64,000 nucleotides of DNA from Akkermansia sp. GTDB taxonomy: Bacteria > Verrucomicrobiota > Verrucomicrobiia > Verrucomicrobiales > Akkermansiaceae. Both the position numbers and the translations under genes were made by a program. Positions 26,395-35,564 of the stretch are shown here, piece by piece; position 1 is the first letter of the stretch, and every line of letters starts with the position of its first letter. The notes under the pieces were generated by a model. That model saw nothing but the letters and a program-made list of their open reading frames with translations, was not told where the DNA came from and searched no databases. The stretch lies in NCBI GenBank assembly GCA_017937215.1, contig JAGBDZ010000043.1:41174-105173 (forward strand), in the 5' to 3' direction.

Positions 26395-29373
26395 TTACTT
26401 CATTGGCTTGATGGTGACCGGAACCTTGATTTCCGGAAGCCCCTCGGCCTTGATGGTGACGGTAGCGGTACCGCTTTCGCCGCGTTTGCCGCGCACCACG
26501 GCCAGCAAGCGTCCATTGAAGAAACGCTGGTTGTAGTCCTGCATGCAGGTCCAGTCGGTGGGGTCGCCGTTGCAGAAGCCGGCCAGCTCTGCCGGGCCTT
26601 CGATGCTGAAGCTCACCTTGCGTCTGTCGGTGGGTACTACGTTGCCGGCAGCATCGGTCAGTGCCAGCTCCACAAAGGAAAGGTCGCGGGCATCGCCGGT
26701 GATGGTGGAGCGGTCCACCTTGGCTGCCACAGCAGTGGATTCTCCGGTGGTCACGCGTTTGGCAGTGGCCCAGGGCATGCCGCCCTTCTTCACCACGACC
26801 TCAACAGTGCCGGGTTCGTAGACAACATTTTCCCAGGTGAATCGGAACTGGTTCTTGCTCACGGCCAGCGAGCGGTCTTTCTGGGTGAAGGTGGGGCCTT
26901 CGCCGCGGCGGCGCACGCCCTGGCTCTTGCCATTCACAAAAAGCTCCGCTTCATCGCCACTGGTGAAGACCATGACCGGGGTGACCTGGCCCTCGCGGCC
27001 CTGCCAGTTCCAGTGCGGCAGGATGTGGGCCTGGGCCTTCTCCGGGTTCCACTGGCTCTGGTAGAGGTAGTAGATATCCTTCGGGAAACCGGCAAGGTCG
27101 ATGATGCCGAAGTAGGAGCTGCGGCTCACGGCGCGGCTGCCCATGGCTTCGTATTCGCGCATGATGGCCTCGCGCTGGGCCTTGGGCAGGTGCTTGATGT
27201 TATTCTCAATGGAGGCATCCTGGTTGTAGGGGGTGGGCTCGCCGATGTAGTCGAAGCCGGTCCACACATATTCACCGGCAAGGTCCGGCGCTTTGGTGTG
27301 GGCATACATTTCTGTATCCGGGCAGCTGCCCCAGTGCGTGCTGGCCAGACCATAGGCGCTCACCTGGTGCGGCACGGCACCGGGCTTGAAATAGCCACCG
27401 CCCACGCTCCAGTCCAGCGGGAAGTTGTATGTGTCGCGTGTGCCCACGCAGGAGCAGGTCTCGGAGCCGTAGAAGGGCTTTTCCGGGTGAGTGAGACGGA
27501 ATTTTGCGTACAGGTGCGGCTTGTAGTTGAAGCCGTAGATGTCCATGGTATCGATGAATCCGTTGGTCCAGGCATTCTGGTCGTTGCAGCCCACGGTGTA
27601 GGGGCGGGTCATGTCGTACTTGCGGATTTCATCGCGCAGACCGTAGGCGATGCGGAAGTTGAAGTCGTTCCATGCCTTGTCGTGCTTGCTCATGGTCTGC
27701 TCCATGATTTCGTTGCCACCGCTCCAGGCTATGATGGAGGGGTGGTTGCGGTCGCGCTGCATGAAGTTCTTCACGTCTTTCTTCCACCATTCATCCCAGT
27801 AGATGTGGTAGCCGTTCACCTTTTCGTACTTCTGGCGCTTCCATATATCGAACAGCTCATCGATGACCAGGATGCCGTGCTTGTCGCAGAGGTCGAGCAC
27901 CTCCGGGGCGGGCGGGTTGTGGGTCATGCGGATGGAGTTGCAGCCCATTTCTTTCAGCTTCTCAATCTTGCGCTCATAGGCCCGGGTGTGGAAGGCGGCA
28001 CCCAGCGCACCCAGGTCGTGGTGCTCGCAAACGCCCTTGAGCTTCACTCGCTTGCCGTTCAGGAAGAAGCCCTCCTTGCGCCACTCAGCGCTGCGCACAC
28101 CGAAGGTAGTGGTGCGGGAATCGATTTCCTTGCCGCCCATGGCGACCTTGGTCTGCAGCTGGTAGAGGTTCGGATTCTCGCAGCTCCAGAGGCGGGGATT
28201 GGGGATGCGCAGTTCCTGCTCCACCACACCCTCCGTGCCGGGGGCAATGGTGAGGGTGGATTCCTGCGCAGAGGTGCCTTCCACTACCTGGCTGACCGTG
28301 ATTTCTGCCGGGGTGCTGCCGGTGTTGGTCACGGTGGTTTGCACCTTGACCAGGGCGGAATCTGCCGTAATTTCCGGGGTGGTCACATAGGTAGGCCACT
28401 GGGTCAGGTGCACCGGGCCAGTCTTCTCCAGCCACACGTGGCGGTAGATACCCGCACCGGGGTACCAGCGTGTGGAAAGCTCCAGGTTGCTGGCCATGAC
28501 CGCCACCAGATTCTGCTGCCCCGCTTTCAGATAGGGGGTGATATCCACGCGGAAAGAATTATAGCCGTAGGCCCATTCGCCGGCTTTCTGCCCATTCACA
28601 TAAATCTTCGGTTGCGACATGACGCCGTCGAAATCCAGATACCAGCGGTCTTTTTCCGGGTTGAAGTTGGCCGGCACCTCGAAATTCTTGCGGTACCAGC
28701 CCCAGCCTTTCCACGGCAGCTTGCCGGTTTCATTGGGCTCTTTCTCCAGGAAGGGACTTTCAATAGCCCAGTCGTGCGGCAGCTGCACCGGCTTGTAGCC
28801 GGTTTCGTCGGCATCTACGGCGCCGTGCACCAGGGCTCCCGGTCCACGGCGAACTTTAAGCGGTTTGTCATCTGCCCCGGTGAAGAGAATTTCGCGGATA
28901 CTCATCCACTGGGTCATGTCTGTTCCTTTGGGAACGCACACCTCCACGTAGCGGATGGCGGTGGGCTCCGGCATCATCACAAAACTGGCCGCCTGACCGC
29001 CCTGCTTGAAAGAAAGGGAGAAGTTTTTGCTTTCATCCCAGCAGGTGACCTTGATTTCCACATCGAAGGTGCTCGGCTGTTCCCAGTATATCAGGAAAAG
29101 CTTCACCGGGTCCTTGAAGCCCGGCGCCACGATGAAACGGTGCCCTTCCTCCTCGTTGGGCGCGCACCAGCGGGTTTCCATATTGTTATCGATGGCGTGT
29201 GCTTCCGGGTGGTCGCCCTGGTGACCCGAACTGGCGGTGGGTATGCCGGCATTGGCAGGATCATAGGACCCGAAGTACTTGAATTTCCAGTCAAAATCAA
29301 AAGACTCGCGCTCGCCGGCATAAGCTGCTGCTACGCCCAGAGCCATGAGAGAAAAGAGATATTTGGCGTTCAT
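26395..29373 (-). CDS. Glycoside hydrolase family 2 beta-galactosidase-like enzyme with N-terminal F5/8 type C (discoidin) domain
   Basis: NHPSIIAWSGGNE acid/base region; sugar-binding, Ig-like and TIM-barrel order; AIDNNMETRWCA discoidin-like N-terminus; signal peptide from the Met at 29373. Confidence 0.85.
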   Translation of the reverse strand: MNAKYLFSLMALGVAAAYAGERESFDFDWKFKYFGSYDPANAGIPTASSGHQGDHPEAHAIDNNMETRWCAPNEEEGHRFIVAPGFKDPVKLFLIYWEQPSTFDVEIKVTCWDESKNFSLSFKQGGQAASFVMMPEPTAIRYVEVCVPKGTDMTQWMSIREILFTGADDKPLKVRRGPGALVHGAVDADETGYKPVQLPHDWAIESPFLEKEPNETGKLPWKGWGWYRKNFEVPANFNPEKDRWYLDFDGVMSQPKIYVNGQKAGEWAYGYNSFRVDITPYLKAGQQNLVAVMASNLELSTRWYPGAGIYRHVWLEKTGPVHLTQWPTYVTTPEITADSALVKVQTTVTNTGSTPAEITVSQVVEGTSAQESTLTIAPGTEGVVEQELRIPNPRLWSCENPNLYQLQTKVAMGGKEIDSRTTTFGVRSAEWRKEGFFLNGKRVKLKGVCEHHDLGALGAAFHTRAYERKIEKLKEMGCNSIRMTHNPPAPEVLDLCDKHGILVIDELFDIWKRQKYEKVNGYHIYWDEWWKKDVKNFMQRDRNHPSIIAWSGGNEIMEQTMSKHDKAWNDFNFRIAYGLRDEIRKYDMTRPYTVGCNDQNAWTNGFIDTMDIYGFNYKPHLYAKFRLTHPEKPFYGSETCSCVGTRDTYNFPLDWSVGGGYFKPGAVPHQVSAYGLASTHWGSCPDTEMYAHTKAPDLAGEYVWTGFDYIGEPTPYNQDASIENNIKHLPKAQREAIMREYEAMGSRAVSRSSYFGIIDLAGFPKDIYYLYQSQWNPEKAQAHILPHWNWQGREGQVTPVMVFTSGDEAELFVNGKSQGVRRRGEGPTFTQKDRSLAVSKNQFRFTWENVVYEPGTVEVVVKKGGMPWATAKRVTTGESTAVAAKVDRSTITGDARDLSFVELALTDAAGNVVPTDRRKVSFSIEGPAELAGFCNGDPTDWTCMQDYNQRFFNGRLLAVVRGKRGESGTATVTIKAEGLPEIKVPVTIKPMK

Positions 29374-29581
29374 CTTGTTCTGTTTGCTGTCCAATAGATA
29401 AGCTGATTGTGCGCATTCTAGCAAATTCTCTATGCCGTTGCAAGGATAAAGAAATGCCGCCCCATTTGAAGCCACGCGTCCCAAAGATTATTGTAGTCGG
29501 GATACGCGGGAGCCCGTATTTCGTTGTTTTTTGCGGTGCAGCTTGACCAATGGTCCATGTTGTATTATAATCCGGGGCCGT

Positions 29582-30022
29582 ATGATAGCAAGCACCCCTA
29601 TGTTCAAGATGTTCTTTTCGGCTGTGTTGCCGTTGGCGTCTCTGGCGTGTTTGTGGTTTGCTGTTCTTTTTGTATACAGGGGCTTACGAGGCCTGTTGCT
29701 TCGTGGCGGGGCTCTGGTGAGTGGGTTGCATGCCAGCAGCACACTCTGCCGCCATGGCGAAAATGGTTCCACCCGCTATGTGCCGGTGTTCACATATACA
29801 ACGGCTCATGGTGATGAGGTGGATATACTCGGGGCGGTTGATTTCCGGACTGAGGCCGAGGCTATGCAGGCGCGGCGGCCGTTGGTGTATTCCCATGAAC
29901 GCCCGGATGCCGCCGTGGCGCGCAACGCGGTGGTATTCATGGCTGTTCCTTTTGTTTACCTGCTGGCGGCGGTTGTGCTGGCGTGTGTGTCGCACTGGCT
30001 GCTGGGCTGCATGCCGGATTAA
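29582..30022 (+). CDS. Hypothetical membrane protein (DUF3592-like)
   Basis: TM-soluble-TM architecture with RYVPVFTYTTAHGDEV segment; start uncertain (29531 / 29582 / later Met). Confidence 0.45.
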   Translation: MIASTPMFKMFFSAVLPLASLACLWFAVLFVYRGLRGLLLRGGALVSGLHASSTLCRHGENGSTRYVPVFTYTTAHGDEVDILGAVDFRTEAEAMQARRPLVYSHERPDAAVARNAVVFMAVPFVYLLAAVVLACVSHWLLGCMPD

Positions 30023-30061
30023 GCGGTTTACATGCCCGGCTCATGGTGCTAGACTGGGCTC

Positions 30062-30604
30062 ATGAACACCATGCCTGCCGGATTCTCCATGCGCCTGGCT
30101 GCTGAGAACGATTTTGCTGCCATTCGAGCCTTCTATAACCAGTTGATTGATGACCTGGTGCGTCGCCCCTACCACCCCCTGTGGGCGCGGAATGGCCACC
30201 CCTCAGATGATTATTTGCGCAAGGCTATAGCGGAAAATGAGCTCTGGGTGGCCGAAAATTCCGGGCAAATTGTGGCGGCTGTGGTGGTGAACAGCGAGGT
30301 GAACGAGGGATACAACGAAGTGACCTGGCAGGTGCAGGCCGGTCCCGGCGAGTTTACCTGCATTCATGCTTTCGGGGTTTCGGCTCGCTTGCAAGGGCAG
30401 GGCATTGGCAAGGCTATGATGCAGGGCATCATCGATATGACCCGCCGGGAGGGGAAAAAGGCCATCCGCCTGGATTTGATTGACTTCAACCGCCCCACCG
30501 GCAAGGTGTATGAGAAGTTCGGGTTCTGCAAGTGCGCGGAGCTGAAGCTGTACTACCCCGAGGTGGGCTGGCAGCTTTTCCACATGTACGAGCTGGTGCT
30601 CTGA
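30062..30604 (+). CDS. GNAT-family N-acetyltransferase
   Basis: FGVSARLQGQGIGKAMM acetyl-CoA binding motif (Q/RxxGxG/A). Confidence 0.85.
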   Translation: MNTMPAGFSMRLAAENDFAAIRAFYNQLIDDLVRRPYHPLWARNGHPSDDYLRKAIAENELWVAENSGQIVAAVVVNSEVNEGYNEVTWQVQAGPGEFTCIHAFGVSARLQGQGIGKAMMQGIIDMTRREGKKAIRLDLIDFNRPTGKVYEKFGFCKCAELKLYYPEVGWQLFHMYELVL

Positions 30605-30610
30605 TGAACT

Positions 30611-30646
30611 AAAAGCGCACCCGGGAATGTCCCGGATGCGCTTTTG
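30611..30646. terminator. Bidirectional terminator between convergent GNAT and DUF2147 genes
   Basis: AAAAGCGCACCCGGGA-ATG-TCCCGGATGCGCTTTT. Confidence 0.65.
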
Positions 30647-30667
30647 CGTCTCTCTCATTATCGCTCT

Positions 30668-31117
30668 TTACAGAGCAGGCTTTTTCGGGGTCGGAGCAGC
30701 GTCCGTGCCCTTGAAGGTCTTGTTCGGCAGCCATGTCTGGTTGCGGCCCAGGAAGGCAATCTTGCCGCGCACGATGAGTTTCTCGCCCTCGCGCCACATT
30801 TCGCAGCCGTATACCTTGCCCTTCTGCGGGTCAAGAATTTCGCCGCCGCTGTAGGTCTTGCCGTCCTTCTCCAGATCCCAGATGATGGTGAGACCCTTGA
30901 TGGAGGGACTGCCCTTAATCTTGGCCTTGGCTCCGGGGTTCTTCAGAAGCTCGACCACGCGGCCGTAGTACTTGCCCTGGTATTCGTACACCTGCACCAC
31001 GCTCTTGGCTTCCTTGGTCTCATCGTCAATCGTGGTCCAGTAGCCGGTGATGTTGGCCGTGGCCTGGGCGCCCAGAGCGCAAAGTGCCATGCCGGCTGTC
31101 AGTAAGAGTTTCTTCAT
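30668..31117 (-). CDS. DUF2147-domain secreted protein
   Basis: GYWTTIDDETKEAKSVVQVYEYQGKYYGRVVEL...GGEILDPQKGKVYGCEMW typical of DUF2147; signal peptide from the Met at 31117. Confidence 0.75.
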   Translation of the reverse strand: MKKLLLTAGMALCALGAQATANITGYWTTIDDETKEAKSVVQVYEYQGKYYGRVVELLKNPGAKAKIKGSPSIKGLTIIWDLEKDGKTYSGGEILDPQKGKVYGCEMWREGEKLIVRGKIAFLGRNQTWLPNKTFKGTDAAPTPKKPAL

Positions 31118-31388
31118 GTCTGTGTGTGTTTCTATGGTTTGGTTTTCTGCCCCCCATTCGAGAGAAAAGCTAGAGTGGGGTCTAGGTGGAGTGTACTCTA
31201 TCTTGTTGAGCCGGTCAAGCAAAAATTAGAGAAAAAATGGTAGGAGAAGCTTCTCTTCTGAGAGATATTGTTCTTACGCCCCCCGGGGCTCAAAGCTTCG
31301 CTCGCTACTACTCGCAAATGAGCCAACACTCTTGCTTTCGTGACTTATTAGAAGTCCCAAATTCCAATTTTCCGCACAGGCGGGAGGA

Positions 31389-32747
31389 TTACTCTTGCTC
31401 GTTGCGGCGTTTGACCATGTGGTGCACGAAGTAGAGCGGCAGCCCGAAAATGAGGATGAGGAGCAGGGGGGCAAAGACGTAGAGATAGAGCCGCAGGTAA
31501 AGGGTGCAGGTCTCATCCCCGGAATCGGCTCCGAGTTTCCACCAGTGGTAGGTGGCGGTGGGGTTCCAGGTGAGGCCGGAGGTGGGGTCCAGATGCAGCA
31601 GACCTCGGCGGGCCATGGCGGCGGGGTAGCCGCGGTTGCTGGCGGTGATGTAGTATTCATCGGCCAGGGCGCCTTCGCCTACGCTGTCGTAGTAGCGCCC
31701 CAGTTCGTAGGGGGCAAAGGGGCTGTCCAGTGCACCGCTGGCATATTGCAGAATCTTGAGACCTTCTGCCGCATCGGCTTCCACTCCTTCACCGAAGATG
31801 AGCATGGAGCCGGCCTTCACCGCGGCGTCTGCGTGGCCCTGCTGGGCGGCAGCCTGGTAGGCAGCCAGTGCTTCCTGGTGCTTGCCTTGCTCCTGGAGCA
31901 TCCAGGCTTTGTGATAAAGTGCTGCGGGCACCTGGGCGGCCACGGCTTTTTCGAGGTACTGCAGGCCTTTGGCTTCATCCTTCGGCACGCCTTTGCCTTT
32001 CAGGTAGGCATCTGCCACCACATAGGCCATCTGGGCGTCTTTGCCCTGGTCGGCCAGCTGCGTGGCGTAGGCGAGGGCCTTGGCTTCATCTGCCGGGGTG
32101 CTGAGCCCTTTGGTGTAGACTTTGAAGAGCTGGTAGGCTGCGGGAACAGCGCCGGCCGCTGCGGCTTTTTCGAGCTTCCCGATGCCACCGGCTGAGTTCT
32201 GGGGCACCCCCAGGGCATTCAGCTCCATGTAGCCCTGCCAGTAGAGGGCTTCGGTATCGCCCTTGGCGGCCATATCGCTGTAGATGGTGTAGGCCTTGGC
32301 ATAGGCAGACTTTGCGGCTTCTGGGCTGTTCTGCTTGGTATACAAATCTCCCAGAATGAAGGCGGCAGAGGGTTCTCCCGCTGCGGAGAGCCGGTTGAAC
32401 CACTCCACGCTGCGCACCATATCTGCCGGGATGACCTCGTCCCCCGCCAGGAACAGACGGGCCAGCATCCACATGGCCTTCTGGTCGCCAGCCTGGGCCT
32501 TCTCCGTGAGATTTTCGATAAGCTTATCGGCCCACGCTGCGGCTTGTGTGCGGTGCCCTTTCAGGGCATAGCGCAGGTAGAGCTGCCGCTGGGAGTAGGC
32601 ATCGCCCTTGGCGGCTTCTTCCTTGAGCTGGGCCACGCTCTGCTCCATGCGTGCATCGTCGCAGGCGAGGGCGGGGGTGCCGGGAGTGGTTTCCTGCGCC
32701 AGCAGGGGCAGGGCAAGAAGGGCGGCGAGAATCCAGGAGGCTTTCAT
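31389..32747 (-). CDS. Sel1-repeat protein with signal peptide and C-terminal TM anchor
   Basis: Multiple Sel1-like units; MKASWILAALLALPLLAQ leader; C-terminal LYLYVFAPLLLILIFGLPLYFV hydrophobic segment. Confidence 0.8.
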   Translation of the reverse strand: MKASWILAALLALPLLAQETTPGTPALACDDARMEQSVAQLKEEAAKGDAYSQRQLYLRYALKGHRTQAAAWADKLIENLTEKAQAGDQKAMWMLARLFLAGDEVIPADMVRSVEWFNRLSAAGEPSAAFILGDLYTKQNSPEAAKSAYAKAYTIYSDMAAKGDTEALYWQGYMELNALGVPQNSAGGIGKLEKAAAAGAVPAAYQLFKVYTKGLSTPADEAKALAYATQLADQGKDAQMAYVVADAYLKGKGVPKDEAKGLQYLEKAVAAQVPAALYHKAWMLQEQGKHQEALAAYQAAAQQGHADAAVKAGSMLIFGEGVEADAAEGLKILQYASGALDSPFAPYELGRYYDSVGEGALADEYYITASNRGYPAAMARRGLLHLDPTSGLTWNPTATYHWWKLGADSGDETCTLYLRLYLYVFAPLLLILIFGLPLYFVHHMVKRRNEQE

Positions 32748-32842
32748 ATGGTTATGAATCTGACGAAAATGGGATGCTGGTGGTTGAAAGAAAAACCGGT
32801 GCTGACGATGTACAATCAGCACCGGTAAAGGGATTGCGGTCT

Positions 32843-34237
32843 TTACTCGCCGCGGCGGAACCCGCCGGAGCTGCGCCCACCGCCGTTGCGGTTGAAGGGC
32901 TTGCGGCCTCCAAAGGATGGCTTGCGGTCGCCGAAACTGCGGCGCTCACCATTGAAGGAACGGCGCTCGCCGCTGAAGCTCTTGCGCTCACCGAAGCTGC
33001 GGCGCTCGCCATCGAAGGAGCGGCGCTCACCGAAGCTCTTGCGCTCGCCGAAGCTGCGGCGCTCGCCATCGAAGGAACGGCGCTCACCGAAGTTCTTGCG
33101 CTCGCCGAAGCTGCGACGCTCGCCATCGAAGGAACGGCGCTCACCAAAGGGCTTGCGGTCGCCAAAGCTCTTGCGTTCGCCGAAGGACTTGCGGTCGCCA
33201 AAGCTCTTACGGTCGCCGAAGGAACGACGCTCGCCAAAGGGCTTACGGTCGCCGAAGGTGCGGGAGTCATCGCGGCGGTTGCGCGGGGCGCGGCCGAAGG
33301 GACGGCGGGAATCCTCGCGCTCGGGCTCATAGGCTTCACCCTCTGTGAACTTGGTGGCAAGGCCCAAGGCTTCTTCCTCTGTTTCGAAATCGGCAGGATT
33401 GAACACGTAGTTATCGTCCTCATCCTCGTCGGTCGGTTTGCCGGCGGCCGGGGTGGGACGCGGTTTGAACACCTGCTTGGCACCCATGAGCCCCTTGCGG
33501 CGGCGCGGGTTGGTGCCGGCCAGGGCAATCTGCTCCTCACTCATGAGCTGGCAGTGCCCGGGCTCCAGATCGCCACCCCACAGGGAGCCGATGCGCACGC
33601 GCACCAGCTTTTTGACGCGCAGGCCGAGGCAGGCAAACATCTGGCGCACCTGGCGCTTCAGTCCTTGCTCCAGCACCACGCAGGCGCGGCGGGCAGAGAG
33701 GCGGGATACGTACTTGGCCTTGGCCTGGCCTTCCGGGATGCGCACACCCTTGAGCAGCTGGATGAGGACGCTGCTGTCGAACGCCTGATCCAGCGTGACC
33801 CAGTATTCCTTTTCTACACCGCCACTGGGGTGGGCCAGGTTCTGGCTCATGCTGCCATTGTTCGTAAAGATGAGCAGACCCTCGCTGTCGGCATCCAGAC
33901 GCCCCACGTAGTTCGCGTGGCGGTACTTGACCGGCAGCAGGTCATACACGGTGCCGATGGCTCCCTGGGCCTCGCGGCTGCACACGTAGCCACGCGGCTT
34001 GTTCAGCAGGATGACCACTTCCTCCTGCGGCACGGCGCGGCGGCCATCCACGCGCACAAAATCGGTGGGCATCACTCGCAGACCGGGGGTGTCTACGGCC
34101 TTGCCATTCACTTCCACTCGCCCCTCGGCAATGAGGCGGTCCGCGGCGCGGCGGCTTTCGTAGCCGCACATGGCCAGAAACTTATTCAGGCGCACGCTGC
34201 CCTCCGGGGCTGCGGGGTAGCCATTATCTTCAGACAT
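32843..34237 (-). CDS. RsuA/RluB-family 23S rRNA pseudouridine synthase (RluB-like) with long repetitive basic C-terminal tail
   Basis: S4 domain RLNKFLAMCGYESRRAADRLI, catalytic GRLDADSEGLL, then about 165 aa of (E/D)R(R/K)SFG repeats. Confidence 0.9.
   Translation of the reverse strand: MSEDNGYPAAPEGSVRLNKFLAMCGYESRRAADRLIAEGRVEVNGKAVDTPGLRVMPTDFVRVDGRRAVPQEEVVILLNKPRGYVCSREAQGAIGTVYDLLPVKYRHANYVGRLDADSEGLLIFTNNGSMSQNLAHPSGGVEKEYWVTLDQAFDSSVLIQLLKGVRIPEGQAKAKYVSRLSARRACVVLEQGLKRQVRQMFACLGLRVKKLVRVRIGSLWGGDLEPGHCQLMSEEQIALAGTNPRRRKGLMGAKQVFKPRPTPAAGKPTDEDEDDNYVFNPADFETEEEALGLATKFTEGEAYEPEREDSRRPFGRAPRNRRDDSRTFGDRKPFGERRSFGDRKSFGDRKSFGERKSFGDRKPFGERRSFDGERRSFGERKNFGERRSFDGERRSFGERKSFGERRSFDGERRSFGERKSFSGERRSFNGERRSFGDRKPSFGGRKPFNRNGGGRSSGGFRRGE
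32886..33330 (-). repeat. In-frame tandem coding repeats (18-nt hexapeptide units organised in 57-nt higher-order units)
   Basis: DNA unit GCCATCGAAGGA.CGGCGCTCACCGAAG.TCTTGCGCTCGCCGAAGCTGCG.CGCTC repeated at least 3 times around 32990-33130; protein ERRSFGERKSFGERRSFDG. Confidence 0.85.
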
Positions 34238-34334
34238 AGTAGATTTCTCTAAACTTGTAGTGTATAAAGAAGCCCCGCGGTTGCCACAACCGGGGGGCTC
34301 CAGAAAATGTGAGTTCCCTCTCGTGAGGGGCCTA

Positions 34335-34490
34335 TTAAGCTTCGAACTTGGTCTTGGGCAGGCCGATGGGGCTCTGGCCTTCCTTCCACTGACCGCGTTC
34401 CTTCATGAGCTTCACGCGCTCGAAACGCTTGAGAACAGAACGCTTACCGCCAACGGTACCAGTAGCCTTGAGTGTGGAGTGCTTAGACAT
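34335..34490 (-). CDS. Small basic protein (51 aa), PVC-type
   Basis: Own translation: MSKHSTLKATGTVGGKRSVLKRFERVKLMKERGQWKEGQSPIGLPKTKFEA. It resembles the small basic protein family as I recall it (KRxVLKRFERV...GLPKTK). Below the ORF-track length cutoff. Confidence 0.6.
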   Translation of the reverse strand: MSKHSTLKATGTVGGKRSVLKRFERVKLMKERGQWKEGQSPIGLPKTKFEA

Positions 34491-34749
34491 ATTTCGTGTG
34501 TTTTGTAAAGGTTAGCTCCGCATCACTGCGGAAATGTGGTGGCCACTTATACAGCAGAATAGCCTGAATTGCAAGCCAAATTTACGACTTTTTTTCATTT
34601 CTTTACGTCAACATCCGGCACTCATGCGCTTGTTTGGTTGAGAACAGTGTGTCAGAGTGCGCAAATGCGCTTGACGCCACCCTCCCCTCTGGAGTAACAT
34701 GTAAGCGTACCCCGGAACACTTCATTAACGTAAACCATTCTATACGCAT

Positions 34750-35235
34750 ATGAAAATGAACTACATCATTACGGCTCTGGCAGTAGGTTGCACCCTGCTG
34801 ACCACCTCCTGCTCCACCATGGTGGACGGCAACAACGTGTCCGCCAACAAGGTGGGTTACGGCGCTCAGGCTTTCCCCGCTACGGTGGTGGCCGCCAAGA
34901 ACGTGAACATTGAGACCACCAGCACGGCCAAGAACCTTGGCACGGGCGTGGGTGCCGTGCTCGGCGCCGGTGCTGGCCAGCTGCTGGGCGGTGGTTCCGG
35001 CCGCGTGGTGTCCGCTCTGGGCTTCGGTGCTGCTGGTGCTCTTGCCGGTCGCTACCTGACCGACTCCATGGGCAACACCAAGGGGCAGACCCTCACCGTG
35101 CAGATCGATGGCTCCAGCCAGCTCTACTCCGTGACCCAGCCGGTGTCCCAGCAGTACGGCTATATCCCCGTGGGTGCTCATGGTATGTACTACCACGGCA
35201 CCAACAACAGCCGTTTCGAACCCGATGGCATGTAA
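34750..35235 (+). CDS. Glycine-zipper outer-membrane lipoprotein (SlyB/Pcp-like)
   Basis: Lipobox LLTTSCS; GTGVGAVLGAGAGQLLGGGSGRVVSALGFGAAGALAG glycine zipper. Confidence 0.75.
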   Translation: MKMNYIITALAVGCTLLTTSCSTMVDGNNVSANKVGYGAQAFPATVVAAKNVNIETTSTAKNLGTGVGAVLGAGAGQLLGGGSGRVVSALGFGAAGALAGRYLTDSMGNTKGQTLTVQIDGSSQLYSVTQPVSQQYGYIPVGAHGMYYHGTNNSRFEPDGM

Positions 35236-35264
35236 GCCGCTATCAGTTTGAGCCTTTTACTAAT

Positions 35265-35297
35265 CCCTGTCTGGCCTGCCAGACAGGGGTTTTTTTT
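35265..35297 (+). terminator. Rho-independent terminator
   Basis: CCCTGTCTGG-CCTG-CCAGACAGGG followed by a T8 run. Confidence 0.8.
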
Positions 35298-35402
35298 AAT
35301 TTTGCGCTTTTGCACACCGCTTCGGGGCTGATTTCCCCCACACATCATACGCATGAGCGAAGCGATAAATTGGAATTGATCGGGCAGAGCGGCGTTATTT
35401 CG

Positions 35403-35455
35403 CTGCGGCATTCTGCCGCAGTTGTTGCTGCGGCATTTTGTGCATCTGCGGCATT
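35403..35455. promoter_or_regulatory. Three CTGCGGCATT repeats, the first part of an 8-3-8 dyad CTGCGGCA-TTC-TGCCGCAG; candidate enhancer (UAS) for the downstream sigma54-type promoter
   Basis: Copies at 35403-35412, 35428-35437 and 35446-35455, 110-160 bp upstream of the -24/-12 element, separated from it by an AT-rich tract at 35489-35543. Confidence 0.35.
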
Positions 35456-35564
35456 TTGTCTCAATCAAGGCGTGCCAATGTTGCCTTGATAAATATATAT
35501 GACAATGCGCTATTTATTTAAATATAAACGTATATGATTATTGTTGGTGTCTGTGTGGCGGAGT

